In this document: positions 40,089-49,977 of the stretch, in pieces
Layout: each line of letters opens with the position of its first letter
Numbering within the stretch: position 1 is the stretch's first letter
DNA from: an uncultured Bacteroidia bacterium
Lineage (GTDB): Bacteria > Bacteroidota > Bacteroidia > NS11-12g > UBA9320
DNA: 64,000 nt
NCBI GenBank assembly: GCA_943846675.1
Contig: OX044357.1
Location: forward strand, 2,136,967 to 2,200,966
Reading direction: 5' to 3'
Made by a program: the position numbers and the translations under genes
Notes under the pieces: model-generated
Told to the model about the DNA's origin: nothing
The model's database searches: none
The model's input: only the letters and a program-made list of their open reading frames with translations

Positions 40089-40322
40089 ATGAGAAAAATG
40101 ATTTCTAAACGCGTACTATCTCTGCACAATGGGCAAGACAAACAAGAGGTATGGATTGCCTACAAGGGTATCGTTTACGACGTCACACAAAGTAGGTTAT
40201 GGCGCGACGGAAAGCATTACGAACACTGGGCAGGCCAAGACCTTACGCATGAATTGCCAGACGCTCCGCATACGGAATCTGTATTTGAACGATTTAAAAT
40301 CGTTGGAGAATTAACCGACTAG
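40089..40322 (+). CDS. Cytochrome b5-like heme/steroid-binding domain protein
   Basis: 77 aa. LHNGQDKQEVWIAYKGIVYDVTQSRLWRDGKHYEHWAGQDLTHEL matches the cyt-b5-like fold pattern (NG.....W.A..G.VYDVT... H..AG.D.T). Confidence 0.5.
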   Translation: MRKMISKRVLSLHNGQDKQEVWIAYKGIVYDVTQSRLWRDGKHYEHWAGQDLTHELPDAPHTESVFERFKIVGELTD

Positions 40323-40750
40323 CAAGAGATTTTATCCACTCTTCGTTGATGACGGCCACCTTCAAAATCTTCGTTTAAGAATGCCTCAAGCACTTCAAGC
40401 GTCGTTTCAAAATCAATGAATCGCGCAGGAATACAAATGACATTGGCATTATTGTGCTGACGTGCTAAAGCGCCCAATTCGGGATTCCAGCACAACGCTG
40501 CACGAATATCTTGGTGTTTATTGGCTGTCATGCATACGCCGTTGCCACTGCCGCAGATTAATATGCCAAATGCTGTTTCCTCTTTTTCAACTGAATTTGC
40601 TAATGGGTGGACAAAATCAGGGTAATCAACTGATTCTGATTCATCCGTACCGAAATTTACGAACTCGAATTTGTCCGCAAAATGTTTCATAACGTCAAAT
40701 TTATATTCCGTCCCAGCGTGGTCGTTGGCTATAGCAATTTTAAGCTTCAT
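40319..40750 (-). CDS. rpiB: Ribose-5-phosphate isomerase B
   Basis: MKLKIAIANDHAG...ICGSGNGVCMTANKH matches the RpiB/LacAB family signature with the catalytic Cys. Confidence 0.85.
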   Translation of the reverse strand: MKLKIAIANDHAGTEYKFDVMKHFADKFEFVNFGTDESESVDYPDFVHPLANSVEKEETAFGILICGSGNGVCMTANKHQDIRAALCWNPELGALARQHNNANVICIPARFIDFETTLEVLEAFLNEDFEGGRHQRRVDKISC

Positions 40751-41573
40751 TTAATTTTTCTTTAGTTTCTATTCTCTTGGCAATAAAAATACCTACTTCG
40801 TACAACAAATAAACAGGAATGGTCAATAATATTTGACTCATGATATCTGGCGGCGTAATAACCGAGGCCAATACCAATATGACAACAATCGCATGTCTTC
40901 GGTATCGCTTTAGAAAGTCCGACGATACCAACCCCAGTTTTGCAAGGAAAAATACAATCAACGGCAACTCAAAAACAACGCCTGAGGCTAAGGTAAGTGT
41001 AGATACAAACGACACATACGATTGCATCGTAAAATGGTTAACGATGTTGTCTGTAAGCTTAAAGTTGATAAAGAAGTTTACTGACAAAGGAGCCAATACC
41101 AAGTATCCAAACAACACACCTACAAAAAACAGCAGAGAAGTTGCCAGGACTATACCCGTCGTATATTTTTGCTCGGTAGGTTTTAAGGCAGGTTTAAAAA
41201 ACCGCCAAAACTCCCATAATATATATGGCGCAGACAGTATTAACCCAATGGTGAATGAAACAACCATCAAGTAAATAAATTGACCACTGACAGCCAAATT
41301 CTGTGTGTTTAAATCAATGGAATCAAAGCACAACTTATCCGTTCCGTATAGCGTATATGACAGTTTACAGAAGAGCTTATAAATTGGAAACGATTTCTTG
41401 GTTACAGCGAATATTATCTTGTCAAAGATGAATCGATAATTGACCATGGCAACAACGGAAAAAACAACAATGGCAACAACTGATCGCATCAGGTGCCATC
41501 TGAGCGCTTCTAGATGATCTAGAAAGCTCATGTTTTTCTCTTCTTGTTCGATGTCGACCTGGTCTAATGGCAT
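40740..41573 (-). CDS. tatC: Twin-arginine translocase subunit TatC
   Basis: MSFLDHLEALRWHLMRS... N-terminus and six predicted TM helices typical of TatC. Confidence 0.85.
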   Translation of the reverse strand: MPLDQVDIEQEEKNMSFLDHLEALRWHLMRSVVAIVVFSVVAMVNYRFIFDKIIFAVTKKSFPIYKLFCKLSYTLYGTDKLCFDSIDLNTQNLAVSGQFIYLMVVSFTIGLILSAPYILWEFWRFFKPALKPTEQKYTTGIVLATSLLFFVGVLFGYLVLAPLSVNFFINFKLTDNIVNHFTMQSYVSFVSTLTLASGVVFELPLIVFFLAKLGLVSSDFLKRYRRHAIVVILVLASVITPPDIMSQILLTIPVYLLYEVGIFIAKRIETKEKLNEA

Positions 41574-41587
41574 CTTTATTTAACTAC

Positions 41588-42337
41588 TTAGGTAAGCATG
41601 CCTCCACAAACGTGTAATGTTTGACCAGTAACATAGCTCGACATATCAGAAGCTAAAAAGATACATGCATTCGCCACGTCTTCTGGATTACCACCTCGCT
41701 TTAACGGGATTGTCTCCACCCATGATTTAACCACATCTTCGTCTAAAGCCGCAGTCATTTCGGTTTGAATAAAACCTGGTGCGATTGCGTTACATCGAAT
41801 ATTTCTGCTTCCAATCTCTTTGGCAATAGATTTTGTGAATCCAATAATACCGGCTTTTGAAGCCGCATAGTTCGATTGTCCAGCATTGCCATTTACCCCG
41901 ACTACCGATGTCATGTTTATTATTGAACCAGACTTGTTTTTCAAGAACGTTCTCAGGCTGGCTTTGGTTAGATTGAAAACGGATTTAAGATTCACTTCCA
42001 TTACCTCATCCCATTGCTCTTCGCTCATACGCATCAATAAGGTATCACGCGTTATTCCAGCATTGTTTATCAAAACATTGATGGTCCCAAAATCTTTAAG
42101 AACATCAGCAATAAGGGCTTCAGATGCTTCTAAAGAAGCGGCGTTACTTTTATATCCTTTGGCTTTTACACCAAATCTTTCTGCAATATCCTTTTCAACA
42201 ACCGCTGCTTTCTCTGCTGAGTTGGCGTAGGTAAATGCAACATTCGCACCTTGTTTGGCACATGCTTCAGCAATACCAAGTCCTATCCCTCGTGTTGCTC
42301 CCGTTATAAGTACTACTTTATCAGATAATAAACTCAT
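41588..42337 (-). CDS. fabG: 3-oxoacyl-[acyl-carrier-protein] reductase FabG
   Basis: VVLITGATRGIGLGIA, NNAGITRD, a YAASKAG catalytic motif and a PGFIQTEMT motif. 249 aa. Confidence 0.85.
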   Translation of the reverse strand: MSLLSDKVVLITGATRGIGLGIAEACAKQGANVAFTYANSAEKAAVVEKDIAERFGVKAKGYKSNAASLEASEALIADVLKDFGTINVLINNAGITRDTLLMRMSEEQWDEVMEVNLKSVFNLTKASLRTFLKNKSGSIINMTSVVGVNGNAGQSNYAASKAGIIGFTKSIAKEIGSRNIRCNAIAPGFIQTEMTAALDEDVVKSWVETIPLKRGGNPEDVANACIFLASDMSSYVTGQTLHVCGGMLT

Positions 42338-42387
42338 GATTCAAAATTTTGACAAAAATATCCTAATGTTTTTTATTGACGCATAAA

Positions 42388-42424
42388 AAAGTCCATTCAC
42401 CTGAAGATGAATGGACTTTCTTTT
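42388..42424 (-). terminator. Rho-independent terminator for the minus-strand lipoprotein gene
   Basis: 12 bp perfect stem aaagtccattca / tgaatggacttt with an 8 nt loop. On the minus strand it is followed by TTTTTTAT. Confidence 0.6.
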
Positions 42425-42437
42425 AAGTTCTTTGTTT

Positions 42438-42992
42438 TTATCTATCCGCGTCACGTTCAATTTCCAAATATCCCTTAGAAAAAGACCTAGAATTGATACC
42501 TGATTTTAGTTCACCTGTAAAACTCACTTTTATAAGCTCTCCTACATCGCCGTACTCAGAAACTGTAACAGCCATATTTTGTGCCGCATCGCTTGAAGAT
42601 TCTATACGTTTTGCACCTTCTCCTGTTGCAATCTCAAAAGAGAAATTTGGAGAATTTTGCGTGTATACACCAGCGTCTTTGCCAACAAACGATAATTCCA
42701 ATTCGGCTTTCGAAGTGATCGAAGCTCCAGCGTTTCCTTTAGTCGAATACCCAACGATATTGATTAATGTCTCGTTTAAATCTTTTCTCCAACTTGCTTG
42801 AGATAAATTTTGATCTAATACCAGTTGATAATTCTGAAAACTAACGGTGAATCCGCATGCAGGCGTATCTGTTGGTTCTGTATTGTCTGTTGTGTCAATT
42901 ACTGGAGGTACTTCGTCTCCATCACATCCCGTATTTACTAGAAATAAAGGGCTGATCATCAAAGCTATGATTAGGTACTTTAGGTTTTTCAT
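42438..42992 (-). CDS. Hypothetical lipoprotein
   Basis: Signal and lipobox LVNTGCDGDE. No recognised domain. Confidence 0.4.
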   Translation of the reverse strand: MKNLKYLIIALMISPLFLVNTGCDGDEVPPVIDTTDNTEPTDTPACGFTVSFQNYQLVLDQNLSQASWRKDLNETLINIVGYSTKGNAGASITSKAELELSFVGKDAGVYTQNSPNFSFEIATGEGAKRIESSSDAAQNMAVTVSEYGDVGELIKVSFTGELKSGINSRSFSKGYLEIERDADR

Positions 42993-43068
42993 ATCTATTA
43001 ATTATTTAGGGTACAATAATAAACTTTCTTGCCCAACATGAAGCGCACATTCTCGTAATTTTTTCTTC

Positions 43069-43767
43069 CTATTTAAAATAGGAATCTGCCTCATCGGTCT
43101 CAAAATCAAGTACTTGATTAGGATGTCGATACACCTTCATCGGAAGCTGCCCGATGTATTTTGTTTGGTTATTCTCGATTTCAAGCCACGATGATTCTGG
43201 CAAGCAAACCACGTCTGTTTTACTCAACATGATGTACTCCATCAACCTAGCCTTTCTTGATTCACCTCCGTGATTGGGAACTGTGGCCTCGCTATAATGT
43301 GGATTGATTTGATAAGGCACTAACCCAAGACAATCAAAAGATTGTGGTTGTACAATAGGCATGTCGTTGGTTGTACAAAGGGTTAACCCTGCTACATTCG
43401 AACCAGCACTCCAGCCGACATAAGGCGCACCTGCAGCCACAGCTTCTCGAATTGGTTCCATAAGATTTTGATCCTGTAACAATTGCACAAGCCTGAATGT
43501 ATTGCCTCCGCCTATGGCTATGGCCTTGGCCTCTTTGACGGCTTGAATTGGGTCGTTATACTTATGAATACTCTTAATCGTTATGCCAAATCCTTTGAGC
43601 GCATTCTGGACGGTCTGCTCGTATTGATCGTAAGACACGGTGACTCCTGCATAAGGAATAAACAAAACCTCCTTGGCTTCACCCAAAAAAAGAGCTACCG
43701 CGTCTTTGGCGTGTTCCATATAAGAGGCACCATAGTTTGTCGAATTACTAAGTAATAAAGCCTTCAT
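43069..43767 (-). CDS. pepE: Dipeptidase E (alpha-aspartyl dipeptidase, peptidase S51)
   Basis: Colinear with E. coli PepE: MKALLLSNST...FIPYAGVT...GGGNTFRLVQLL...YVGWSAGSNVAG...TTNDMPIV.PQSFD.LGLVPYQINPH. The catalytic Ser is in GWSAGS. Confidence 0.85.
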   Translation of the reverse strand: MKALLLSNSTNYGASYMEHAKDAVALFLGEAKEVLFIPYAGVTVSYDQYEQTVQNALKGFGITIKSIHKYNDPIQAVKEAKAIAIGGGNTFRLVQLLQDQNLMEPIREAVAAGAPYVGWSAGSNVAGLTLCTTNDMPIVQPQSFDCLGLVPYQINPHYSEATVPNHGGESRKARLMEYIMLSKTDVVCLPESSWLEIENNQTKYIGQLPMKVYRHPNQVLDFETDEADSYFK

Positions 43768-43852
43768 GTTTTTTTGGCAATGGTAATGAAAAAAGGCCTT
43801 TTCAAAATGAAAAGGCCTCTAGATTTAGTATAAAAAGTATAAACAGATAACA

Positions 43853-44782
43853 TTAAAAAGGAGTCAAAACCAAACCAACACAGGCTGTGTTCACTTCTGG
43901 CCCTCTACCTGATTTAAACGTATTTGTTGGGTAATACTTACCGTAGATTACAAGATCTCCGTACCCAAATTGAGCAACATAACCAATTCGGTAATCCTCG
44001 AATCCGTAGTCACCTTTTACTTTCTTCTTTTCTTTTTGCTTACCAGAACCCCACTTTTGCTTTTGGTGTGATCCAATTAAGTAACCCGCTTGGATTCCAG
44101 CAGCAATCTTAAATGAATTGTCATCATCTCTAGGGTTGCTTTTAAAATTTAACATCAATGGCATTGTCGCATATCTGCTAACAATTTTATTCCGTTTAAA
44201 ATCTACCACATCGTCAACCTGGTATTCCAATGGTTTAGAGTCTGGTGTAATTGTAACACCTTCTTTGAATCGATAGTTATTGTATTCAATTCCGATTCCA
44301 TATACAAAACGCAGTTTTCCTCTAATCAGATTCACGCCTTGCTGTACAATACCTAAATGAAAATTCGCTGATATATTTTCAAGTTTCATGTCTTCAAAAG
44401 GAGCAGGTACATCAACTGAATTGTTTGACACCCAGTTGTTTATTCCCCAATCCATCACCATGAAGCTAGTTTCAACAAACTTTGGTGCTTTTGGCAAGTT
44501 GTCTTCTTCCTCTTCGAATTCTTCAATCACCACTTCATCATCACTTCCATCAACGGTAATCACTCGCTTTACCTTTACTCCGTCTTTAGAGTAGACTTCC
44601 ATTTTGACGTTATCTTGGTCCATTGTGGTAATTTCTTCAGAAATTAAGGTATCGATCTTTCCATTGACATTTTTGATTTCAATGCGCACCCTTTTGGTTT
44701 CTATTACCTTAGGGTCTTCTTCCTGTGCAACAACGATTGTTGACAGAAGTACTGTTGCTAAAATTGTGTATATGTGTTTCAT
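43853..44782 (-). CDS. Outer-membrane beta-barrel-like protein downstream of the ECF sigma/anti-sigma pair
   Basis: Signal peptide MKHIYTILATVLLSTIVVAQ. An acidic linker precedes a C-terminal half with amphipathic beta-strand periodicity ending ...GLVLTPF. Confidence 0.45.
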   Translation of the reverse strand: MKHIYTILATVLLSTIVVAQEEDPKVIETKRVRIEIKNVNGKIDTLISEEITTMDQDNVKMEVYSKDGVKVKRVITVDGSDDEVVIEEFEEEEDNLPKAPKFVETSFMVMDWGINNWVSNNSVDVPAPFEDMKLENISANFHLGIVQQGVNLIRGKLRFVYGIGIEYNNYRFKEGVTITPDSKPLEYQVDDVVDFKRNKIVSRYATMPLMLNFKSNPRDDDNSFKIAAGIQAGYLIGSHQKQKWGSGKQKEKKKVKGDYGFEDYRIGYVAQFGYGDLVIYGKYYPTNTFKSGRGPEVNTACVGLVLTPF

Positions 44783-44798
44783 TTTTATGTATTCATTT

Positions 44799-45617
44799 TT
44801 ATTTTAAAGGTTTCAAACTAACCATGGCCGTGGCGTTATACTGTTCTGAACTGTATATAATTTGTATTGACTGTTTATCTGCAGGTTGCACCTTAATCTT
44901 GGCATTTCTAAACGGTGCAGCGACCAAGGATAAACCCGAATTTATGGTAGAGCGTATGCCGTTATAAGAAGGAGCTTCATCTTGAGGTATCAACATGTCC
45001 ATATTGTACATCACATTCGCTCTGTGAAGTGACGCTACTGCTTTTGTTTCAGGGTTAAGGTCGATTTGCTGCCTCATTGGCTCTATACTTACCAGCTGCT
45101 CTGCTACATTAGGTATTGTTGTTTTTTCCTCTTTTACAGGTAGTTCAACAGATTTTTGTGATGCTTTGACTTGATTCGTGCTTTGGTTAGGCGCTTCTTG
45201 CACCGCTACTTGTATTTCTGGTACTGATTCTGACTTATTTACGTTCACATCAGACTCATCCTCAGTTGGCAACACCAACTCATTGGCCGACCCGGCCAAA
45301 CCTTCTACCGTATCTGTTTTTGGCATAAACAACTGCCACGCTGGGTAACACAGTGCTAGTATGGCTGCGATTGCTGCAGTACGTCGCCACTGCATCGCAC
45401 TGAAAGCAATTAATGTGGTGTCTTTCTTTATCAGTTTGTCTTTACCCTGATATACAACATCTGGCGCATCCAACTGGGTCATTTGCATAAAGTCCCAATC
45501 TGCTGCTAAATCAGCATCCTCATTTATTTTTTCTAGTAATTCAGATTCTTCTTCAGGCGACAAATCACCTTCCAACATCTCGAATAATTCCCAGTCCATG
45601 TCTTTTTGATCTTTCAT
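44799..45617 (-). CDS. Putative anti-sigma factor, single-pass membrane protein
   Basis: Acidic N-terminus and one TM helix (AAIAAILALCYPAWQLF). The start overlaps the upstream ECF sigma stop (ATGA). Confidence 0.45.
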   Translation of the reverse strand: MKDQKDMDWELFEMLEGDLSPEEESELLEKINEDADLAADWDFMQMTQLDAPDVVYQGKDKLIKKDTTLIAFSAMQWRRTAAIAAILALCYPAWQLFMPKTDTVEGLAGSANELVLPTEDESDVNVNKSESVPEIQVAVQEAPNQSTNQVKASQKSVELPVKEEKTTIPNVAEQLVSIEPMRQQIDLNPETKAVASLHRANVMYNMDMLIPQDEAPSYNGIRSTINSGLSLVAAPFRNAKIKVQPADKQSIQIIYSSEQYNATAMVSLKPLK

Positions 45618-46099
45618 ATTACCAATTGCATGTCTTTTAAGTAAGCCTTCAAAAATTTTCTTGCACGAAAGATGTTAATCTTCACCTGCGCCTCTGTCAT
45701 TCCAGTAATCTCTCCAATACTCTTGTAATCATACCCCTCATAATCACGCAGTAGAATAACTGTCTTCTGTTTTTCTGGTAATCTTTCGACAGCACCATTT
45801 ATAATTTCTAGCGTATCTGAGTATTGTTCTGAATGACTGTACCTGTTTTCAACTACTTCATCCATCGTAGTGCTACGTTTTGCTTTCCGAATGATATCGA
45901 TGCAATTGTTGTAGGCTATTTTAAATATGAATGCTTTCGCTGTAGTCATTTCTACTTTCTCTTTTCTGACCCAAAGTTTTTCGAATGTATTTTGCACAAC
46001 ATTTTCGGCTTCAAATTCATCTCTTAAATTTTTAAGAGCGAATCTGAAAATCCCATCTGAGAGCAACTCAACACATTTATTATACTCTTTAGTGGTCAT
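45614..46099 (-). CDS. RNA polymerase ECF-type sigma-70 factor
   Basis: 161 aa with region 2 and region 4 features. Region 4 helix-turn-helix is ...LRDYEGYDYKSIGEITGMTEAQVKINIFRARKFL. Confidence 0.8.
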   Translation of the reverse strand: MTTKEYNKCVELLSDGIFRFALKNLRDEFEAENVVQNTFEKLWVRKEKVEMTTAKAFIFKIAYNNCIDIIRKAKRSTTMDEVVENRYSHSEQYSDTLEIINGAVERLPEKQKTVILLRDYEGYDYKSIGEITGMTEAQVKINIFRARKFLKAYLKDMQLVI

Positions 46100-46233
46100 T
46101 AATTGTTAGTGATACGACTGTTCTAAATAAAAGTTACAGTAAAGTTAATTTTTTTAGCAACCAATATCTAAACACCTAATAATCAGATAAATAAATTAGT
46201 CGAATCCTAGTATATTTTCGCCAAATTTGCAGC

Positions 46234-46974
46234 GTGGAGAATAAGAAGCCTTGGTTCGAAGATTGGTTTGACTCACCGTATTACCATCTGTTGTATGGAA
46301 ACAGGGATCAAAACGAAGCGGGTAACTTCATAAACAATTTGTTACGTTTTCTTCAACCAGATAGTCACGACACTTTTCTTGACCTGGCCTGTGGCAAAGG
46401 ACGACATGCACTAGAAATAGCAAAAAAAGGTTACCACACTACTGGAATCGACCTCAGCGAAAACAGTATTGCCGAAGCGAAATCAATTGACAACGACTTT
46501 CTACATTTTCATGTTGGCGACATGCGACATGTGCATTTCCCCAATCAGTTCAATTTTATTCTAAACCTGTTTACTAGCTTCGGATATTTTGACACGCAAT
46601 CTGGCCAAACAGAAACTTTGCAGGCGATAAACAAACAACTTAAACCTGGGGGAGTATTGGTTATTGACTATTTAAATGTAGTGCTGGCAGAAAAACAAAT
46701 TGCTGCCAACCCCGACAACCAAATCATTGAAGATGGCGTGGCGTTCTCAACACGCAAACGCGTATCTAACCAATTCATTACTAAGGAAATACAGGTGAAC
46801 GATACGGATTTCGATCACGTGTTTTACGAGCACATTTGGCGATTGAATTTCGACGACTTTAATACGCTTCTGAAAAAAACCGGCTTCACCATACAAACAA
46901 TTTTTGGTGATTACGAGTTAAACAGATTTAGCCCCGACACTTCTGACAGGTTAATAATTGTAGCACAGCGCTAA
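46234..46974 (+). CDS. Class I SAM-dependent methyltransferase
   Basis: Motif I FLDLACGKGRHALEIAKKGYHTTGIDLS and motif post-I/II GDMRHV. Confidence 0.8.
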   Translation: MENKKPWFEDWFDSPYYHLLYGNRDQNEAGNFINNLLRFLQPDSHDTFLDLACGKGRHALEIAKKGYHTTGIDLSENSIAEAKSIDNDFLHFHVGDMRHVHFPNQFNFILNLFTSFGYFDTQSGQTETLQAINKQLKPGGVLVIDYLNVVLAEKQIAANPDNQIIEDGVAFSTRKRVSNQFITKEIQVNDTDFDHVFYEHIWRLNFDDFNTLLKKTGFTIQTIFGDYELNRFSPDTSDRLIIVAQR

Positions 46975-47562
46975 ATGCTGGACTGGATTCAACATATCGA
47001 CACACAACTATTTTTTCACATCAATCACTGTGTGAAGAATGATTTCTTTGATGTCATCATGCCATTGGCTCGTGATAAGTATACATGGATTCCGTTATAC
47101 GCCTTGTTGGTTTTTCTGATTATTAGAAAATACAAAACACAGTCTGTCTATGTATTGGGTTACGCTTTGTTGGCACTTGTACTTGCCGACCAATTAAGTG
47201 CTAGTGTTATAAAACCCTTGGTTCAACGACTACGTCCTTGCAACGACCCATCAATCATTCAATACGTCCACAATGAATTGGTCGACTGTGGAAGTGGATT
47301 TAGCTTTGTTAGCAGTCATGCCACCAATCACTTTGCCTTGGCCATTTACTTCATCATGGTATTTGCTAAACCAAGTAATCGATTTTTTGTTGTTTTGGGT
47401 TTTGTAGTGTGGGCTGGGCTCATTTCCTTTGCACAAGTATATGTCGGCGTGCACTACCCATTTGATGTTTTGGTAGGCGCATTGTTAGGCATGTTAATTG
47501 GCTACGGAGCAGGTTGGGCAGAACGCTACACACTTTGTTACCGAGCAGGTAAGTTATTATAA
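46975..47562 (+). CDS. PAP2-family phosphatase (phosphatidic acid phosphatase type 2/haloperoxidase superfamily)
   Basis: The KX6RP (KPLVQRLRP), PSGH (SFVSSHAT) and SRX5HX3D-like (HYPFDVLVGALLG) motifs are all present, on a membrane protein. Confidence 0.8.
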   Translation: MLDWIQHIDTQLFFHINHCVKNDFFDVIMPLARDKYTWIPLYALLVFLIIRKYKTQSVYVLGYALLALVLADQLSASVIKPLVQRLRPCNDPSIIQYVHNELVDCGSGFSFVSSHATNHFALAIYFIMVFAKPSNRFFVVLGFVVWAGLISFAQVYVGVHYPFDVLVGALLGMLIGYGAGWAERYTLCYRAGKLL

Positions 47563-48295
47563 GTCATTGAATTTCTGGTCCTATTTTGTTCTGTTCTTTT
47601 TTCCACTATTGGGTGGAACTATTGGTTTAATTATACAAAACCATAAGACGGAGCAATTAAAGCTTTTTCTTGCCTTTAGTGGTGCATTCCTTTTTTCGAT
47701 AACTGCGATTAGCATTATTCCTGAAGTCTACTTACACGAGACAGCATACAATGTTGGTTATTTCATTTTAGCCGGATTCTTCCTTCAAATCATTATCGAC
47801 CTTTTCTCTCACGGTGTGGAGCACGGTCACTTGCACCATCACGAGTCAGACAAAACGCCATACGGTATTTTTATCGCCTTGAGTTTACACGCATTTTTAG
47901 AAGGAATGGCCGTTGGCAGCAATCTATTTTCGGAGCACATACAGTCTAGTTTCATCTTTGGCATTGCACTGCACGAAATACCTGCCGCATTTGCCTTGAT
48001 AACCTTATTGAAGGCATCAAACGTTAAGAAGCAATACCTCTATACCTGGTTGGTGGCATATGCGTTAATGACCATCTTTGGGGCATTGTCAAGTAGTCTG
48101 ATTGTGACTACATTCCCCAATTTCGAACGATATATGGTGTATTTAGTTGCCCTAGTGATTGGTGTATTTCTTCACATATCAACTACGATATTATTCGAAA
48201 ACACAGATAACCATAAGTTTAGTCGATATAAACTTATGGCTATCGCAATAGGCGTTGCCATTGCCGTTTTAAGTACACTGGTACATTTTCACTAA
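47498..48295 (+). CDS. ZIP-family divalent metal transporter (ZupT-like)
   Basis: His-rich loop HGVEHGHLHHHESD, conserved HEIPAAFAL-type motif (LHEIPAAFALITLL) and GMAVGS. The ATG start at 47498 would overlap the PAP2 gene by 65 bp. An alternative TTG at 47567, 5 bp after the PAP2 stop, gives a ZupT-like N-terminus. Confidence 0.7.
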   Translation: MATEQVGQNATHFVTEQVSYYKSLNFWSYFVLFFFPLLGGTIGLIIQNHKTEQLKLFLAFSGAFLFSITAISIIPEVYLHETAYNVGYFILAGFFLQIIIDLFSHGVEHGHLHHHESDKTPYGIFIALSLHAFLEGMAVGSNLFSEHIQSSFIFGIALHEIPAAFALITLLKASNVKKQYLYTWLVAYALMTIFGALSSSLIVTTFPNFERYMVYLVALVIGVFLHISTTILFENTDNHKFSRYKLMAIAIGVAIAVLSTLVHFH

Positions 48296-48298
48296 GAC

Positions 48299-49876
48299 TT
48301 AGTCGACAACAATTCTGCCTAGTTTGTAGGCCTTACGACCGCGCAAATAAATGGTAGATCTTCCGTCGCGCATACTTACAAACTCTTTAGGCACTGGTCT
48401 AAACTCTTTACGGTGAATCTCGCCCAAAGATTGCACCTCTTTATTTCCATCAAGGTCTAAAGATGCATAGATAAAATGATTGGCTTTATAGGCCTTTTTA
48501 TCTGTTCTTCTGTCAATATCCAAGCCAGGTACGCTATACGCTTGGTCTACAAAATAAAAGTGCATTTTATCGCCTTTTACAACCATATTAAATCCGCTGT
48601 AGTATCCACCATCGTTCGTAGAGTACTGTGCCTTTTCGATTTTGTCGTGCCACTCTATTTCACCTTCTTCATCAAAACTCACAACAACAATGTCATTGTA
48701 ATAATAATGATAGGTCGTTTGTGTTGACGTTGTGCCGTTGGCGTTTGTGGTAGTCGTTGTTGTGACCCTTACAAAATATTGCTCTGCAACCATAACCAAT
48801 CCACCATCTTCCTTCTCGATAAGGTTTCTAACCTCATAAGAGTACAATTCAACGTCTTTCCCTTTTTTGGCTCTTTTCTTTGTTCTTTTGGTGGCGCGTT
48901 CGCTTAAACCTTGGGTAATAAAATCAAGGCTAAATTCAACGAGATTTTCAACAATAACTTCAAGCGTTTCGTTTTCTATTTCCAAATAGAATGCTCCAGC
49001 CGCTCCAGACGTACTTGTATTTGAGTATAAACCTGAGCACAGAATGTTACCATCATCCTTCACGAAATAAGTAATATCGGAAATAAACTTATTCGAAAGT
49101 CGTAAATCAAATTGCTGTCTGTCGTGACCCTCCTCAAAATAACCAATGAGTTTGTAGGTTCCTCTAGGCTTTTTCTTTTGACGCTTAGACTTCTGCTTAT
49201 AGTGCTTTCCTAGTATATATACATTCCCATCATTGTCTACGTCGTAATCGGTAATGGCAAAATCTTTATCTGCGTATGGTATGGATAAAACATCGTCCCA
49301 AATGATTTCAAAATCTTTATCCATCACGACAACACTTACCTCATCTCGTGCACCCTTTGAGCGTTTGTTAGGCGTGTTGGCAAAAGCAAGTAGTTTCGAT
49401 GAGTCTCTAGACATAGCAATATCAAAACTCCCTGAGTTCCTTTTTGAACTGTATGTCAGACTAAAAACCTTAGTTTCGTCTTGCAACGATGTTAAATCGT
49501 CTTGAGAAAGCACGACATAAAACAGGTCATTTGTTTTTCTTGCTTTGTCAAGCTTTGAATAGAACATCAACAAACCTCCATTAAATGGAATAATAGATTC
49601 AATAGAAGATCGTTTCGGAACAATATTCGGCGTTAATAACACCTTGGTTTCCACCTCCATGTTTTCATCGTACCGGATTAGGTATGGCTTTCTCTTGATG
49701 GTGTTGCGACTAAAAATAACATCGTTGTCGCCTAGAATAAGGTACCCGAGGTAGTTCTTTTTACTTATGATAGGTTCACTTTGTGATACTTCAATGCCTT
49801 CCCCTGTGAACTCTTGCGCATTGACGAATAAGCCGCCAAAACATGTGATTAATGTAAATATGATTAGTTTTTTCAT
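48299..49876 (-). CDS. Hypothetical secreted protein, 525 aa, no recognisable domain
   Basis: Signal peptide MKKLIIFTLITCFGGLFVNAQ. Lys-rich segments and a Thr run (VTTTTTTNANGTTSTQTTY). Confidence 0.5.
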   Translation of the reverse strand: MKKLIIFTLITCFGGLFVNAQEFTGEGIEVSQSEPIISKKNYLGYLILGDNDVIFSRNTIKRKPYLIRYDENMEVETKVLLTPNIVPKRSSIESIIPFNGGLLMFYSKLDKARKTNDLFYVVLSQDDLTSLQDETKVFSLTYSSKRNSGSFDIAMSRDSSKLLAFANTPNKRSKGARDEVSVVVMDKDFEIIWDDVLSIPYADKDFAITDYDVDNDGNVYILGKHYKQKSKRQKKKPRGTYKLIGYFEEGHDRQQFDLRLSNKFISDITYFVKDDGNILCSGLYSNTSTSGAAGAFYLEIENETLEVIVENLVEFSLDFITQGLSERATKRTKKRAKKGKDVELYSYEVRNLIEKEDGGLVMVAEQYFVRVTTTTTTNANGTTSTQTTYHYYYNDIVVVSFDEEGEIEWHDKIEKAQYSTNDGGYYSGFNMVVKGDKMHFYFVDQAYSVPGLDIDRRTDKKAYKANHFIYASLDLDGNKEVQSLGEIHRKEFRPVPKEFVSMRDGRSTIYLRGRKAYKLGRIVVD

Positions 49877-49977
49877 GATACAAGTTTAACAATTCAATGC
49901 AAATACCATGCAATGACTTTTACTTTTTCCCAAAAGCATTGAAAGTGGTAAGTTTGAAGTCTTAATTTGTTACATCT

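Noticed and set aside
47498-47562. 65 bp overlap between the PAP2 and ZIP genes as a possible programmed overlap
   Set aside because: It is more simply explained by the ZIP gene initiating at the in-frame TTG at 47567, just after the PAP2 stop, which gives a typical ZupT N-terminus.
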